64,000 bases of DNA from the sequence record PQ471515.1, one strand, 5' to 3'. Of the stretch, positions 1-10,186 are shown in pieces. The notes beneath the pieces were generated by a model, which saw only the letters and a program-made list of their open reading frames with translations, was not told the origin of the DNA and ran no database searches. Within the stretch, counting starts at the first letter, position 1. Each line of letters begins with the position of its first letter. Made by a program: the position numbers and the translations under genes.

Positions 1-2073
1 ACCACGTTGAGAATACCCAGTACCGATAGTTTTAATTTTAGTTGTTACAACTAATTCATCACTATCAACAGAAGGTTGAACAACAGCTTTCGGTGCTGCT
101 TGGTTCGTTGCTTGTCCTGCAATTAATGTTTTATTTCCCGCTTCAGAACCTGTACCAGTCTGCGATGCGTAGAATAATCCAGGGTCAACTGAACCACTAA
201 ATCCTAGTACGTTGGCAGAGGTAACTCTTATTTCAAATTGAATAACACCATTAGCTTTACCGATAACTTGACCTTTTTGAACAACGTCTTTATTGAGCAA
301 ATCTGATTGAATATTATAAAATACAGATTTATATCCAGACTTATGTTGAACCAATAAAGCACCATTAGTGATAACAACTACACCGCCATCTGGAGCTACA
401 ACATCACCCTTGCACTGTATTTCCCAGCCACTTCTATCAGCTTTACCACCACCACTAGTCGGGACACCTTTCCCCCAATAACCGTATTGGCGAATGGTTC
501 CACTACACGGCATGAACATATGAAGACCTTCATACGTAATGCTATAACCAGTCATACCAGGATCAGAAGTCATTAAATCTTGTGTTTGAACTTGTTCTGT
601 TTCTGTTGTATAATTTACATATTGAATTGCTTCAGTGTCCTGTACTGGAGCTAAAGTTGGTGCTACATCATTAGCAGGTTCAGGTTGAACTGGGGATTCA
701 CTATTACCACTACCACCACCTTGACGTGGAGGTTCAACAGTACTGCCGTGATTCTCAGCATCAACCCAAGCCGATATATCATGTATATGATCATTCAAGC
801 CAGCAGATGGGGTGCGGAAGTTTGGTGCATTAAATTCAGCAGTACCACTATTACCACCACTGTTAACAGTAAGAGTTTGACCACCACCACTAATAATAGC
901 TGATGAAGAACCAATAAGATTAGCACTGGTAGCAGCAGAGATTGACGCATTAGAACCAGCAGTTATATCAGTACTGCTACCACTTTGCATACGTAATGAA
1001 GCTGCTGTTACTAAACGTAAATCTGCTCCAGCGTTAATAACAACCTGACCACCAACTTTAGCATCCAATGCACCAACCAAATCTAGTTTAGTGTTTGCAC
1101 CAACACGAGCATTGAAGTCTGCTCCACTTTCAATATTATATGAGCGTCCAGCAACCATGTTAATATCTTGACCTGCACGAATGTTAATATTCTTATCACA
1201 GTGCATTTCAATATCACCTTCACCAGTGAATTTAATACGTGCAGTACCATCACGGTTAATTAAAAGAACATCACCAGAGGCTTCAGATAACAACAACTGT
1301 GCACCACTACGTGTTTTAATTACAACGCCTTCATTTTTACGAGAACCAACACGAGTATCGTTCACTGGGTTATTGAATTGGGTATCCTGATAACCATCTG
1401 GATCTTGATCCCATGTAGGTGCTGTTAATTCTTCTTCTGTGTAACCATCATCAATAATAAAACTGTTACCACGAGGTGAGGAAAGACCATAAACAGTACT
1501 GGTAGTTTGGCGAGTACTACTACGGTTTGCGACACCAGCTTCCTCATCATAAAGTAAGTTTTGTTTTTTCAGACCTGCAATAATTGGCACGTTTGCATAT
1601 TTGTCTTGAGTACTGGTAGAAATTGTATTACGGTCATAATCAGTTACGGGTAATGGCATATCAGTACCAGCATAGTTGCTTATTTCAGTAGCCATCCCAG
1701 GAACCATCGTATTCATACGTTGGTCATAAACACAACCAATCCAATACGCTTGGAATGTTCTTGCTTGTGCAAATATAACAACAACGGTACACCCAACATC
1801 AGGTGGAACCGCCCAAAAACCATATCCCTTTGGATATTGACCATAAGCATCAGCACTTGGTATCCCTGGAGTTTTACCAGCGAATGGAGACATGTATGAT
1901 GCTTCAATCCATGACTCTTTTGAATTTTTATCACTTTGTGAACCTTGAATCCACACTTTTAGCTTACCGGATTTAGTTGGGTCACGGTTATCCATCACGG
2001 TTGCTAGTTGTGGATACGAAGGGTCAAAACGACCCAACTGTTGTTGGGCATATTTCTTACTTGTATCTGCCAT
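1..2073 (-). CDS. gp5-like baseplate hub/spike protein with a degenerate M23-peptidase-like domain (3' end runs off the window)
   Basis: Hand-translated open frame from ATG at 2073 (MADTSKKYAQQQLGRFDP...) to base 1; absent from the ORF track because no stop falls in the window. It has the gp5/VgrG OB-fold signature (V.DNRDPTKSGKLKVWI...GFWAVPPDVGCTVVVIF), beta-helix-like repeats and an M23-like segment. Confidence 0.75.
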   Translation of the reverse strand, partial: MADTSKKYAQQQLGRFDPSYPQLATVMDNRDPTKSGKLKVWIQGSQSDKNSKESWIEASYMSPFAGKTPGIPSADAYGQYPKGYGFWAVPPDVGCTVVVIFAQARTFQAYWIGCVYDQRMNTMVPGMATEISNYAGTDMPLPVTDYDRNTISTSTQDKYANVPIIAGLKKQNLLYDEEAGVANRSSTRQTTSTVYGLSSPRGNSFIIDDGYTEEELTAPTWDQDPDGYQDTQFNNPVNDTRVGSRKNEGVVIKTRSGAQLLLSEASGDVLLINRDGTARIKFTGEGDIEMHCDKNINIRAGQDINMVAGRSYNIESGADFNARVGANTKLDLVGALDAKVGGQVVINAGADLRLVTAASLRMQSGSSTDITAGSNASISAATSANLIGSSSAIISGGGQTLTVNSGGNSGTAEFNAPNFRTPSAGLNDHIHDISAWVDAENHGSTVEPPRQGGGSGNSESPVQPEPANDVAPTLAPVQDTEAIQYVNYTTETEQVQTQDLMTSDPGMTGYSITYEGLHMFMPCSGTIRQYGYWGKGVPTSGGGKADRSGWEIQCKGDVVAPDGGVVVITNGALLVQHKSGYKSVFYNIQSDLLNKDVVQKGQVIGKANGVIQFEIRVTSANVLGFSGSVDPGLFYASQTGTGSEAGNKTLIAGQATNQAAPKAVVQPSVDSDELVVTTKIKTIGTGYSQRG

Positions 2074-2086
2074 CTTAAATTATTCC

Positions 2087-4342
2087 TTATTCAATTATAC
2101 TATCGTGACGTTTGAGTGCACGAATTACAATTGCAGCCTGAATTTGTTGTGTAAATGAACCACCTGCACCAAAATCATGAACAATTTTGTTTACACGATA
2201 AACAGTTTGGTTAAATGTAGTTGGGGTATTAATATCAAGAACACCAGTGTTATCATTTATAGAAACTACAGGTTGTAATTTCAATAAAAGATATGCTTCA
2301 GATGTAATGTAGTTTGCTACATGGTAATCTTCTGGATTAATTTCCATATCTTCTCCATTAATTACCTGTTCAAGATATTGGATATATGGATAATCACTCC
2401 AACCTAACCAATATGGGTCACCAACTACACGCATATCCAATTTACACAAGAATGGACGATTGTAATAGTTGTCACGAATTTTACGGCGGTCCATTTCATA
2501 TGTACTACTGTTATCGTTCAATGATGCAGATAATGTTGTTTCATTATTGGTTGCTTCAGTTGGCATTGTGAACACTTCACCATATCGATGACCAATTCCA
2601 TCGGTTCCACCGTCATTTTCTTCATATGTGGTTACATAATCTTCAATATACTGTGGTAGAACGTTTACTTGATAGTTATTATAACGATCCTGTTCTTCAG
2701 CATTACCAACTTGCATTTGTTCTTTTGCTAAAGTTTCAACTTGATTGAGTAGTTGTTCCTGGGCCTGTGTTAACATACCACCAAGATCACGTGTAACGCG
2801 TAAATCACTTGTTTTTGCCCATGCATCTGGTATACTGTTGTACTGAACCCCTTGTATATTCAATTCTTGGGAGGTATGAGTACCAGCGTGGTTAGCAACA
2901 TCCTGTATTGGTCCAGGGTTACGAGTTGTAGCCACAAAGAATTGCTGGTCAAACTTCAAATCAAGGTCTAGAATCTCACTATTGAGTCCACTAAACTGAT
3001 AATTGTAAGTTTTCATGTTAATCTTTGGTTTTTGGTCATTTGGGTCTACATATTTCTCGGCATTTTCAAAGAAATACTCAAATGTAAAGTTTTCTGGCTG
3101 TAAATCGGATTCATGAACAATATCACCAATTTTAAAACGAACTATATAGAAAACAACTTTATAAACTGACGTGTTTCGGTAATTATCAAATCCAACATAC
3201 TGTTTAAGTGGGATTATATTAACAAATTGACGAACACTAGTACTATCATCAGCCTGTACAGTACAGGTATCTATTACGTCATCGATAATTCGAGAAATTG
3301 GAGTACTTGGATTCCATGAAAAGTTTTTAGAACCCTGTGCACCACTTTTTGTAGCTCCAGCTTCTGCCATCTGTTTAGAATCATAGTTTATAAACAAATC
3401 CTGTAAATCTGGTGCAACTTTAAATTCAAAGAACTTCCCTTCTGCTAACTCACCAAATTTATAACGCAAATAACCATATTGTTGGTCTGCCATTTGATTC
3501 AATTTATCTTCCAAATCAAAACAAAAATCACCAAAGTTTTCTGCTGTGCAGTTAAATGGTTCTTTAAGAGTCCATTCAACGTTATCCACTAGAGCCGTGC
3601 GGTTATGAACAAGACTCATAGAATACATCATAGTACTACCACTTTGTGATGCACTAGCGGTAACACTGTTAATCTTCACGGACCATTTACGAGTTGTTTC
3701 TGGTATAGTTTCAGGTACACCATTAGTATTGAATCCAATAAATTTCAATTCTAATATTAAAGGTAAGTCCATGAACTTATGATACCTTAGTTTATTACTT
3801 AAAGAAATTAGTTCATCATATAAACTCATACTATTGTTTTCTGAAAGGTTCAGTACTGCTGTGTTGAAGCAATAGTTGGTTGTCATCCCTGGAGTTGAAG
3901 GACCAGCTTGCGTCATCTGAACACTTGTGATATTATACTTTCCAGTTACACCACTTTCAGAGATGACATGACGTTGAACTTCAGCATCTGGGTAAAGCCA
4001 GAAGTTTTTGAAATCATCCTTGTCTAATGCGAAAAGGGAAAAGTGCCAAGTTGGATTGTCATACTTTAACAATTTATTGTCATAAGGAATAACAAACTCA
4101 CTTAGATCCAAGTCTTCATACACTTGGTCAACGCTTGCACTTTGCTTTGGTAAAGACTGTACGTTACTAACCTTAGCTTTAAAATTGTTTTTTACTTTTT
4201 CAAGATCATTTTGCAAAGTATTAGCAGTTGCTTTTAAGCTTTCAATAGTACTTGTTGCAGTTTCTTTTGCTGCCTTTGCAGAACTTGTGATGTTTGAAAT
4301 ATCATTTTTAAAATTATCAACAGAACTTTGTAAATCTGCCAT
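2087..4342 (-). CDS. Large baseplate/tail structural protein (hub-like, 751 aa)
   Basis: Long ORF between gp5-like and gp53-like genes in the same operon; function inferred from position. Confidence 0.5.
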   Translation of the reverse strand: MADLQSSVDNFKNDISNITSSAKAAKETATSTIESLKATANTLQNDLEKVKNNFKAKVSNVQSLPKQSASVDQVYEDLDLSEFVIPYDNKLLKYDNPTWHFSLFALDKDDFKNFWLYPDAEVQRHVISESGVTGKYNITSVQMTQAGPSTPGMTTNYCFNTAVLNLSENNSMSLYDELISLSNKLRYHKFMDLPLILELKFIGFNTNGVPETIPETTRKWSVKINSVTASASQSGSTMMYSMSLVHNRTALVDNVEWTLKEPFNCTAENFGDFCFDLEDKLNQMADQQYGYLRYKFGELAEGKFFEFKVAPDLQDLFINYDSKQMAEAGATKSGAQGSKNFSWNPSTPISRIIDDVIDTCTVQADDSTSVRQFVNIIPLKQYVGFDNYRNTSVYKVVFYIVRFKIGDIVHESDLQPENFTFEYFFENAEKYVDPNDQKPKINMKTYNYQFSGLNSEILDLDLKFDQQFFVATTRNPGPIQDVANHAGTHTSQELNIQGVQYNSIPDAWAKTSDLRVTRDLGGMLTQAQEQLLNQVETLAKEQMQVGNAEEQDRYNNYQVNVLPQYIEDYVTTYEENDGGTDGIGHRYGEVFTMPTEATNNETTLSASLNDNSSTYEMDRRKIRDNYYNRPFLCKLDMRVVGDPYWLGWSDYPYIQYLEQVINGEDMEINPEDYHVANYITSEAYLLLKLQPVVSINDNTGVLDINTPTTFNQTVYRVNKIVHDFGAGGSFTQQIQAAIVIRALKRHDSIIE

Positions 4343-4353
4343 ACTTTACTCCA

Positions 4354-4668
4354 TTAACCTATGTTACGAGTACCGTTCAAATAGTTTTGCACTCGTTGAT
4401 TTGAGGGAACACGAATTGTGATACCACTATTAAAATTGTATATTGGGTCTTCTCCTAATATATCAGGATTCAATAGGGCAAATACATAATACAGACGTTC
4501 ATTACCATACATTTCGTATGCTAAACGCCAAGGTTGATGCTCATACTTCAATGGAATTACATAGAAGTCGTCAGTATCAGCAGGAACCATATCACGTGGT
4601 AAATTGTAACCAAGATACCACGTTTGTTTAACCTTTGCATAAGGAGAGTATTGACTATAATTGGACAT
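4354..4668 (-). CDS. Baseplate wedge protein, T4 gp53/LysM-like
   Basis: Motif PWRLAYEMYGNERLYYVFALLNP...G.TIRVP is typical of gp53/LysM-like wedge proteins. Confidence 0.7.
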   Translation of the reverse strand: MSNYSQYSPYAKVKQTWYLGYNLPRDMVPADTDDFYVIPLKYEHQPWRLAYEMYGNERLYYVFALLNPDILGEDPIYNFNSGITIRVPSNQRVQNYLNGTRNIG

Positions 4669-5399
4669 TAGATAAATCCTCCATTACGTAATAGTTCACC
4701 ACGCTTAAATGCATTTAGGTTGAACTTTTTAGTCATGTAATCAGATGTTGGTTGTTCTTCAAGTTGAAGCGTTACCGATATTTTCTGTGGAACCCATACC
4801 TCATCTTGTGGATTCATATATCCAGTACTTCTAAGCTGTTCGAAGAATTTACGACTATCCATATCAGATAAATTAAAAGTACTATCACTACTATTCAATG
4901 GAACCTGAATGTAAGAAACATCATTTGGATATGTAAAATTATATGCTTTCAAAATAACAGGAATATCATTATATGTATAACGACCATACCCACTTAATAG
5001 TAAAATTGGCGGTGGTGCACCTGCAATTGCTAGTTCGGGATTATTAGCAGATGCTGCTTGACGACCAAAGTCCATTAAGGACACGGAACGAATAAAATGA
5101 ACACAAGCCAATGCATACATTGCTTCAGCAGCAGTGTTTGCATAAAACTCACCTTGGATAGTGAAAATTGTGTTTGTTGTATTCTTGTAGTTGTTGTAGT
5201 TACTGTTAGTATGTATAGGGGACTGTGTTTCATATTGAACCGACCTTTGTTCAGTTACAGTTGGGGTTACAGTCCAAACCAAACCATTTGTTGGACGCAG
5301 AAACGATAGCAATGTTGGTTCTGAACTGTTGCCAAAATCACCATACACATAGTTAGCACCTGCGGTTTTAGGTCTTAATCGGATTCTACGATCAATCAT
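4668..5399 (-). CDS. Tail-tube initiator/baseplate-tube junction protein (gp48/gp54-like)
   Basis: Likely start ATG 5399 (MIDRRIRLRPK); tube-fold-like pattern (FTIQGEF, PPPILLLSGYG, ISVTLQLEE); baseplate operon. Confidence 0.5.
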   Translation of the reverse strand: MIDRRIRLRPKTAGANYVYGDFGNSSEPTLLSFLRPTNGLVWTVTPTVTEQRSVQYETQSPIHTNSNYNNYKNTTNTIFTIQGEFYANTAAEAMYALACVHFIRSVSLMDFGRQAASANNPELAIAGAPPPILLLSGYGRYTYNDIPVILKAYNFTYPNDVSYIQVPLNSSDSTFNLSDMDSRKFFEQLRSTGYMNPQDEVWVPQKISVTLQLEEQPTSDYMTKKFNLNAFKRGELLRNGGFI

Positions 5400-5434
5400 C
5401 TTTTTGATTCTCCATAAGAAGGGAACATTTGATG

Positions 5435-5442
5435 TATTTATA
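5435..5442 (-). promoter_or_regulatory. T4-type late promoter TATAAATA driving the baseplate operon
   Basis: Exact T4 late consensus on the minus strand ~35 nt upstream of ATG 5399. Confidence 0.65.
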
Positions 5443-5445
5443 CGT

Positions 5446-5473
5446 GGGACAAAGACGTTTTTGGTGCTATAAT
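5446..5473 (+). promoter_or_regulatory. RRGACA-N16-TATAAT class promoter (upstream of late sigma gene)
   Basis: GGGACA-16 nt-TATAAT with TG extension; one of 10 copies in the window. Confidence 0.7.
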
Positions 5474-5530
5474 AACATTGATGGTACAAGGAATGTACCT
5501 ATTGGATTTAAAACATGGAGAGTTGAAATA

Positions 5531-6370
5531 ATGACAAATAGGCCGAAGCGTAAAAAGTATCTTAACAATGCTGATTTACTTCGTGAGATACAAAAAAGTA
5601 AAATCTCATATTGCTGGTTACTTGATAAGTGCTACAGTATGTACGATTATATCGTTTTTGATGAATCCGAAATTACAGCAGAACTTTTAGATAAAGCTAA
5701 AGCAGCACGTATTAAACGTCTCAACAATGAAATGCTTGATGCAATTCGTGAAAAAGAAGGTATGAGTGCGAAGAAAGCGAAGGAATACGCAGATGAGCAC
5801 AATTTAGTACTGACTGATGTACCTATCGATGAGGTGGTTATTCGTGTAATTACCGATGAACATATCCCAGCAGATACAAGAGTTAATTTTGAACCATTCA
5901 AACATTACATTGTAGATGAAGAAGGTATTCTGTACGAAGTCGTTCGTTCTCACTGGAAAGGTGATCTTGAAGACGGAGAATTCAGTACTGTTCATGGTAA
6001 AATCACTAATGAACTAGGTAAAATGTTCATTAAACTGGCAGAGGAAATCTCACACAAATCCAACTATAGAAACTATACATATTTGGATGAAATGATGGGT
6101 GATGCCAGAATACAATTAGTAAAAAACGCACTTCTCTTTAAAGAGAGTATTCTTTACAAAAAAGATAAACCAGCAGTACAGTTGAATCCTTTCTCTTACT
6201 ATACTTCGTTCGTTAACAATAGTTTCCGTTCGATTCTTAATAGTGAGAAAAATGTTCGTAACATCCGAGACGATTTACTTGAGATGCATGGTTTTACACC
6301 ATCACACACTCGTCAAATCGAAATTGAAATGAACATGATTGAAAGGAAAAACGAAGATGGCTCTATTTGA
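5531..6370 (+). CDS. Late-transcription sigma factor, T4 gp55-like
   Basis: YLNNADLLREI; ITNELGKMFIKLAEEISHKSNYRNYTYLDEMMGD; NPFSYYT motifs. Confidence 0.85.
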   Translation: MTNRPKRKKYLNNADLLREIQKSKISYCWLLDKCYSMYDYIVFDESEITAELLDKAKAARIKRLNNEMLDAIREKEGMSAKKAKEYADEHNLVLTDVPIDEVVIRVITDEHIPADTRVNFEPFKHYIVDEEGILYEVVRSHWKGDLEDGEFSTVHGKITNELGKMFIKLAEEISHKSNYRNYTYLDEMMGDARIQLVKNALLFKESILYKKDKPAVQLNPFSYYTSFVNNSFRSILNSEKNVRNIRDDLLEMHGFTPSHTRQIEIEMNMIERKNEDGSI

Positions 6371-7388
6371 TAAAGCAATTACATTTACTGATATTCATTT
6401 AGGATTAAAGAATAACAGCAAGCAGCACAACGAAGATTGTTTGAACTTCATCAAGTTTATGATTGAACTTGCTAAGAAAAATGGTATTACTGTATGCGTG
6501 TTTATGGGAGATTACTTCCATAACCGCAGTAATATTAACATTCAAACATTAAACTATGGTTTACAAATTCTACAATTACTAAATGACAACTTTGATAAGG
6601 TTTACTTCTTAGTTGGGAACCATGACATGTATCATAAAAATAAACGTGACATTACTAGTATTAATATGGCACAAGTTTATGAGAACATCGAGTTCATTAA
6701 TGAAATCACAACATTTGATGATTGTACTTTCATTCCATTTATGATTGAAGATGAATACAAAGTTCTACCTCAACTTAAAAGTAAGTATGTTTTTGGTCAC
6801 TTAGAGTTACCTGGATACTTGCTCAATAAAATGGTTGAGATGCCAGATCATGGTAAAGAGACTGAAGGTTCTTTTGGTGGTTGTGAGTATGTTTTTAGTG
6901 GGCATTTCCACAAGAGACAAGCAAAAACAACATCTAAAGGAACTCGTGTAATTTACACAGGTAACTGTTTCCCACATAACTTTTCTGATACATGGGATGA
7001 TGCAAGAGGTGTGATGATTTTAGAACATGGTAAAGAACCAACTTTCCATTCTTGGTCAGAAGCACCAAAATATAGAACATTTACACTTTCAGAACTATTA
7101 ACAGATCCAAGTTACTATCTTCAAGACAATACTATTTCAAAGGTTCAAGTTGATATTGCTATCACTACTGATGAGATTAGTTTTATTCGTGATACTTTTA
7201 CTAAACTTTATAACATTCGTGAGTTTAACGTTGTTACTAGCAAGCAAAGTATCAAAGAACTTATTGAAGATGGTGAAAGCTTTGAAAGTACTGAGTCAGT
7301 TGATGAGATTGTGTTACAACAAATCATGGAAATTGATTCACCTATGTTCGATAAAAATCTTCTAATCCAAATTTACAGATCACTATAA
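6357..7388 (+). CDS. Recombination nuclease subunit, gp47/Mre11/SbcD-like
   Basis: Metallophosphoesterase motifs DIHLG, GDYFH, GNHD, GHFH. Confidence 0.9.
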   Translation: MALFDKAITFTDIHLGLKNNSKQHNEDCLNFIKFMIELAKKNGITVCVFMGDYFHNRSNINIQTLNYGLQILQLLNDNFDKVYFLVGNHDMYHKNKRDITSINMAQVYENIEFINEITTFDDCTFIPFMIEDEYKVLPQLKSKYVFGHLELPGYLLNKMVEMPDHGKETEGSFGGCEYVFSGHFHKRQAKTTSKGTRVIYTGNCFPHNFSDTWDDARGVMILEHGKEPTFHSWSEAPKYRTFTLSELLTDPSYYLQDNTISKVQVDIAITTDEISFIRDTFTKLYNIREFNVVTSKQSIKELIEDGESFESTESVDEIVLQQIMEIDSPMFDKNLLIQIYRSL

Positions 7389-7400
7389 GGGAAATTTATT

Positions 7401-9548
7401 GTGCTAAACATTACACGTATATCAATGAGGAACTTCTTTTCATTTGGCAATGCACCACAAGTAATTGATTTGTCTGGTGCTGATATATCGTTAGTTCTTG
7501 GTCAAAACAATGATGCAGTTATTGAAGGTGGTGATAGTTCCGGTCGCCGTAATGGTGTTGGTAAAAGTGCCATCATTCAAGGTTTAGTTTTTGGTTTGTT
7601 TGGTAAAAGTATTGGTAACGATATCAAAATTCCAAACTTAGTTAATAAAACTAATGCTAAAAACTGTGAAGTATCTGTTGAATTCGAGAAAGATGGTGTA
7701 CAATATCTCGTCGAGCGTGGGAGAAGTCCCACGTATTTCAACTTTATTACATTAGGTAAAGATAATAAGGTCGAAGATGAGTCAAGAGGGGAGAAGAAAG
7801 ATACACAAGAAGATCTAAACGAGATTCTTGGGATTTCTCAACTACTATTTGAACATATTGTAGTACTTAATGCTAACGTAGAGCCGTTTCTTGCATTATC
7901 ATCACAGAAACAACGTGATATGATTGAGGAACTTCTGGGTATCACACAATTAACAGAGAAAGCTGAACTATTAAAGGATATGTATAAAGATTCTAAACGT
8001 TTAGCTGAACAAGAAAAGTTCAAAAATGAAACTGTGGCTGCAAGTAATGAACGTATTCAAAAAAGTATTGAATCATTACAAGAACAAGCTAACCAATTTG
8101 AGATTGATAAAAATAATAGAGTATCTAAGTTGACTGAAGAATTGAATATCTACAAAACTTTAGACTTCAACGATCTCTATGATTTGGCAGAAGTGAAAGA
8201 GAAAGCTCTTATTCATAATGCTGCTCGTGATCAAATAGAAAGACGTGTGCAAGAGTTAGCTTTGAAGTATGATGCATATGACCGTGAACTAGCAACAGCA
8301 AAATTAGCATTAAATGTAAGTATTGATAAGCTAAAAACTATTGATATCAGTACTGAATTAGAAAATCACAATGAGTTGGAGATATGGAAACAGTTGGAGG
8401 GTATTCTAAAAGAGAATAATAACCAAAAACGTTTCAAAGAACAAAAACTTAACGCATTAAAGGTGGCTTTAAATGGTCATGAGAGTTCGTTACGTGCTGA
8501 GGTGGACAAATTAGCAACAGTGGAGAGTAGTAAATGTCCACTTTGTATGTCCGAATTAGAACATAATGAACATACTTCGTCTATTAAAGATAAAATTCAA
8601 AATACTATTAATGAACTTCAATCGAAAATTGATAGTTCCGCTTCTGAAATTGAAACAATACTTCAGGAAATTGATAGTATTGAGATTTTTGATATGCCAC
8701 CTAAGCCTGTGACATTCTATTCTACACTAACTGAAGCACAAATGCATGAGCATAAGCTTCAAGAACTTATTAAAAAGAGTGAAGAAGAGCAAATTAACAT
8801 CTATGCTAATGAACTTATGTCATCATATGAAGAACTGAACGCACATGTTCTTCAAGAAGTACCAGATACATTGAATAAATCTGAAGTAAAAGAGTTAGAA
8901 ATGACAGTAACTTCATTATCGCAGCAATTAGATCGTGAATTGAAAACTACTAACACATTTATTGGACAAATTAATACACTTACGACCGATTCATTAGTAC
9001 CAATCGACTATAGTGACTATAATAACCTTGATAAGATGGCAAATCACCAAGATTTCTTGGTTAAATTGTTGTTAAACAAGGATTCTTATGTCCGTAAGCG
9101 TATTATTGAACAAAACATTTCGTATCTGAATACACGTCTTCAATATTACATTGATATGTGTGGTTCTGAACATAATGTTGTGTTCTTGAATGATTTGAGT
9201 GTAGAAATTGAGAAAAGTGGTCAGTACTTTGACTATAAACAGCTTAGTCGTGGTGAGCGTACAAGGGTAAACATTGCTTTATCTTGTGCTTTCCGTGATA
9301 CATATGAGTCATTGTATCAAAGTATCAATATTCTTATCATTGATGAGATGATTGACCAAGGTCTTGATTCAAGTGGTGTTCTTCGCGTGTGGTCTATCTT
9401 CCAAGATATGGCTGCTGTGCGTGGTAAGAATGTATATGCCATTTCTCACAGAGAAGAATTGCTTTCTAAGACTGAGAAAATCCTAAAAGTAGTTAAAGAG
9501 GATGGTTTCAGTACTGTTGAGTATACAACTCTTGATGATGTATTCTAA
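7401..9548 (+). CDS. Recombination ATPase, gp46/Rad50/SbcC-like
   Basis: Walker A NGVGKS, coiled coil with CPLC zinc hook, LSRGE signature, Walker B IIDE. Confidence 0.92.
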   Translation: MLNITRISMRNFFSFGNAPQVIDLSGADISLVLGQNNDAVIEGGDSSGRRNGVGKSAIIQGLVFGLFGKSIGNDIKIPNLVNKTNAKNCEVSVEFEKDGVQYLVERGRSPTYFNFITLGKDNKVEDESRGEKKDTQEDLNEILGISQLLFEHIVVLNANVEPFLALSSQKQRDMIEELLGITQLTEKAELLKDMYKDSKRLAEQEKFKNETVAASNERIQKSIESLQEQANQFEIDKNNRVSKLTEELNIYKTLDFNDLYDLAEVKEKALIHNAARDQIERRVQELALKYDAYDRELATAKLALNVSIDKLKTIDISTELENHNELEIWKQLEGILKENNNQKRFKEQKLNALKVALNGHESSLRAEVDKLATVESSKCPLCMSELEHNEHTSSIKDKIQNTINELQSKIDSSASEIETILQEIDSIEIFDMPPKPVTFYSTLTEAQMHEHKLQELIKKSEEEQINIYANELMSSYEELNAHVLQEVPDTLNKSEVKELEMTVTSLSQQLDRELKTTNTFIGQINTLTTDSLVPIDYSDYNNLDKMANHQDFLVKLLLNKDSYVRKRIIEQNISYLNTRLQYYIDMCGSEHNVVFLNDLSVEIEKSGQYFDYKQLSRGERTRVNIALSCAFRDTYESLYQSINILIIDEMIDQGLDSSGVLRVWSIFQDMAAVRGKNVYAISHREELLSKTEKILKVVKEDGFSTVEYTTLDDVF

Positions 9549-9556
9549 TTAAAAGG

Positions 9557-9583
9557 AAAGGGAGCCTTAGCTCCCTTTTTTTA
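9557..9583. terminator. Bidirectional intrinsic terminator between convergent genes
   Basis: AAAGGGAGC-CTTA-GCTCCCTTT with A and T tracts; the endonuclease VII stop codon lies in the loop. Confidence 0.8.
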
Positions 9584-10058
9584 CATCTACCATATTTAAT
9601 TTGCCTTCCTTGATAAGCTTTCTGGCTTGCTTAACACGAGCAGCATTGTTTGCACCAGGGATAACACCTAACTCTTCCAGTATTGCATTCTGTTGTCCTG
9701 CTGGGAGCCTTTTAAACTTATTCGTATCGATTGTTAGTGCAGTGTGATGTATAACTTGCTCATCTTCAGGAATGCTGTTATTACGCTCCAGATAATCCGC
9801 AAGATTTCGTAGTACCTCGTATAAGGGTTTATCGGTTAAGTGCTTCATATAGCGATTAAAGCTGTTCTGTACTTTACCTTCCCATGCGTTCACTTCGTTC
9901 TGGAGAACTTCACGACAGTGTTGATTCTCGAAGTGATAGTGATCAAGTACTGGCTTAGTTATTGGTTCCTTAATTATAGGATCAATTCCTTTTTGCTTCT
10001 TTAGTAATTCATTTCGATAGTTTGCAGCTTCTTTACTATCTTTTAATCTTTTCTTCAT
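9567..10058 (-). CDS. Endonuclease VII (gp49-like Holliday junction resolvase)
   Basis: VLDHYH...R.VL...VN..EGK His-Asn motif; lacks the Zn-binding CxxC pairs of the T4 enzyme. Confidence 0.75.
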   Translation of the reverse strand: MKKRLKDSKEAANYRNELLKKQKGIDPIIKEPITKPVLDHYHFENQHCREVLQNEVNAWEGKVQNSFNRYMKHLTDKPLYEVLRNLADYLERNNSIPEDEQVIHHTALTIDTNKFKRLPAGQQNAILEELGVIPGANNAARVKQARKLIKEGKLNMVDVKKGS

Positions 10059-10152
10059 AAATCCCCACTAAACTAATTCTTATCAAAATATTTATGCGTT
10101 ACTTCAATGTTCAAGAATTATGTACTTTTTATAATTTTTTTATCATAATAGT

Positions 10153-10180
10153 GAGACACTTTTGAATTTGGTGCTATAAT
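10153..10180 (+). promoter_or_regulatory. RRGACA-N16-TATAAT promoter with no downstream ORF
   Basis: GAGACA-16 nt-TATAAT (TG-extended). Confidence 0.7.
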
Positions 10181-10186
10181 GTTAAT

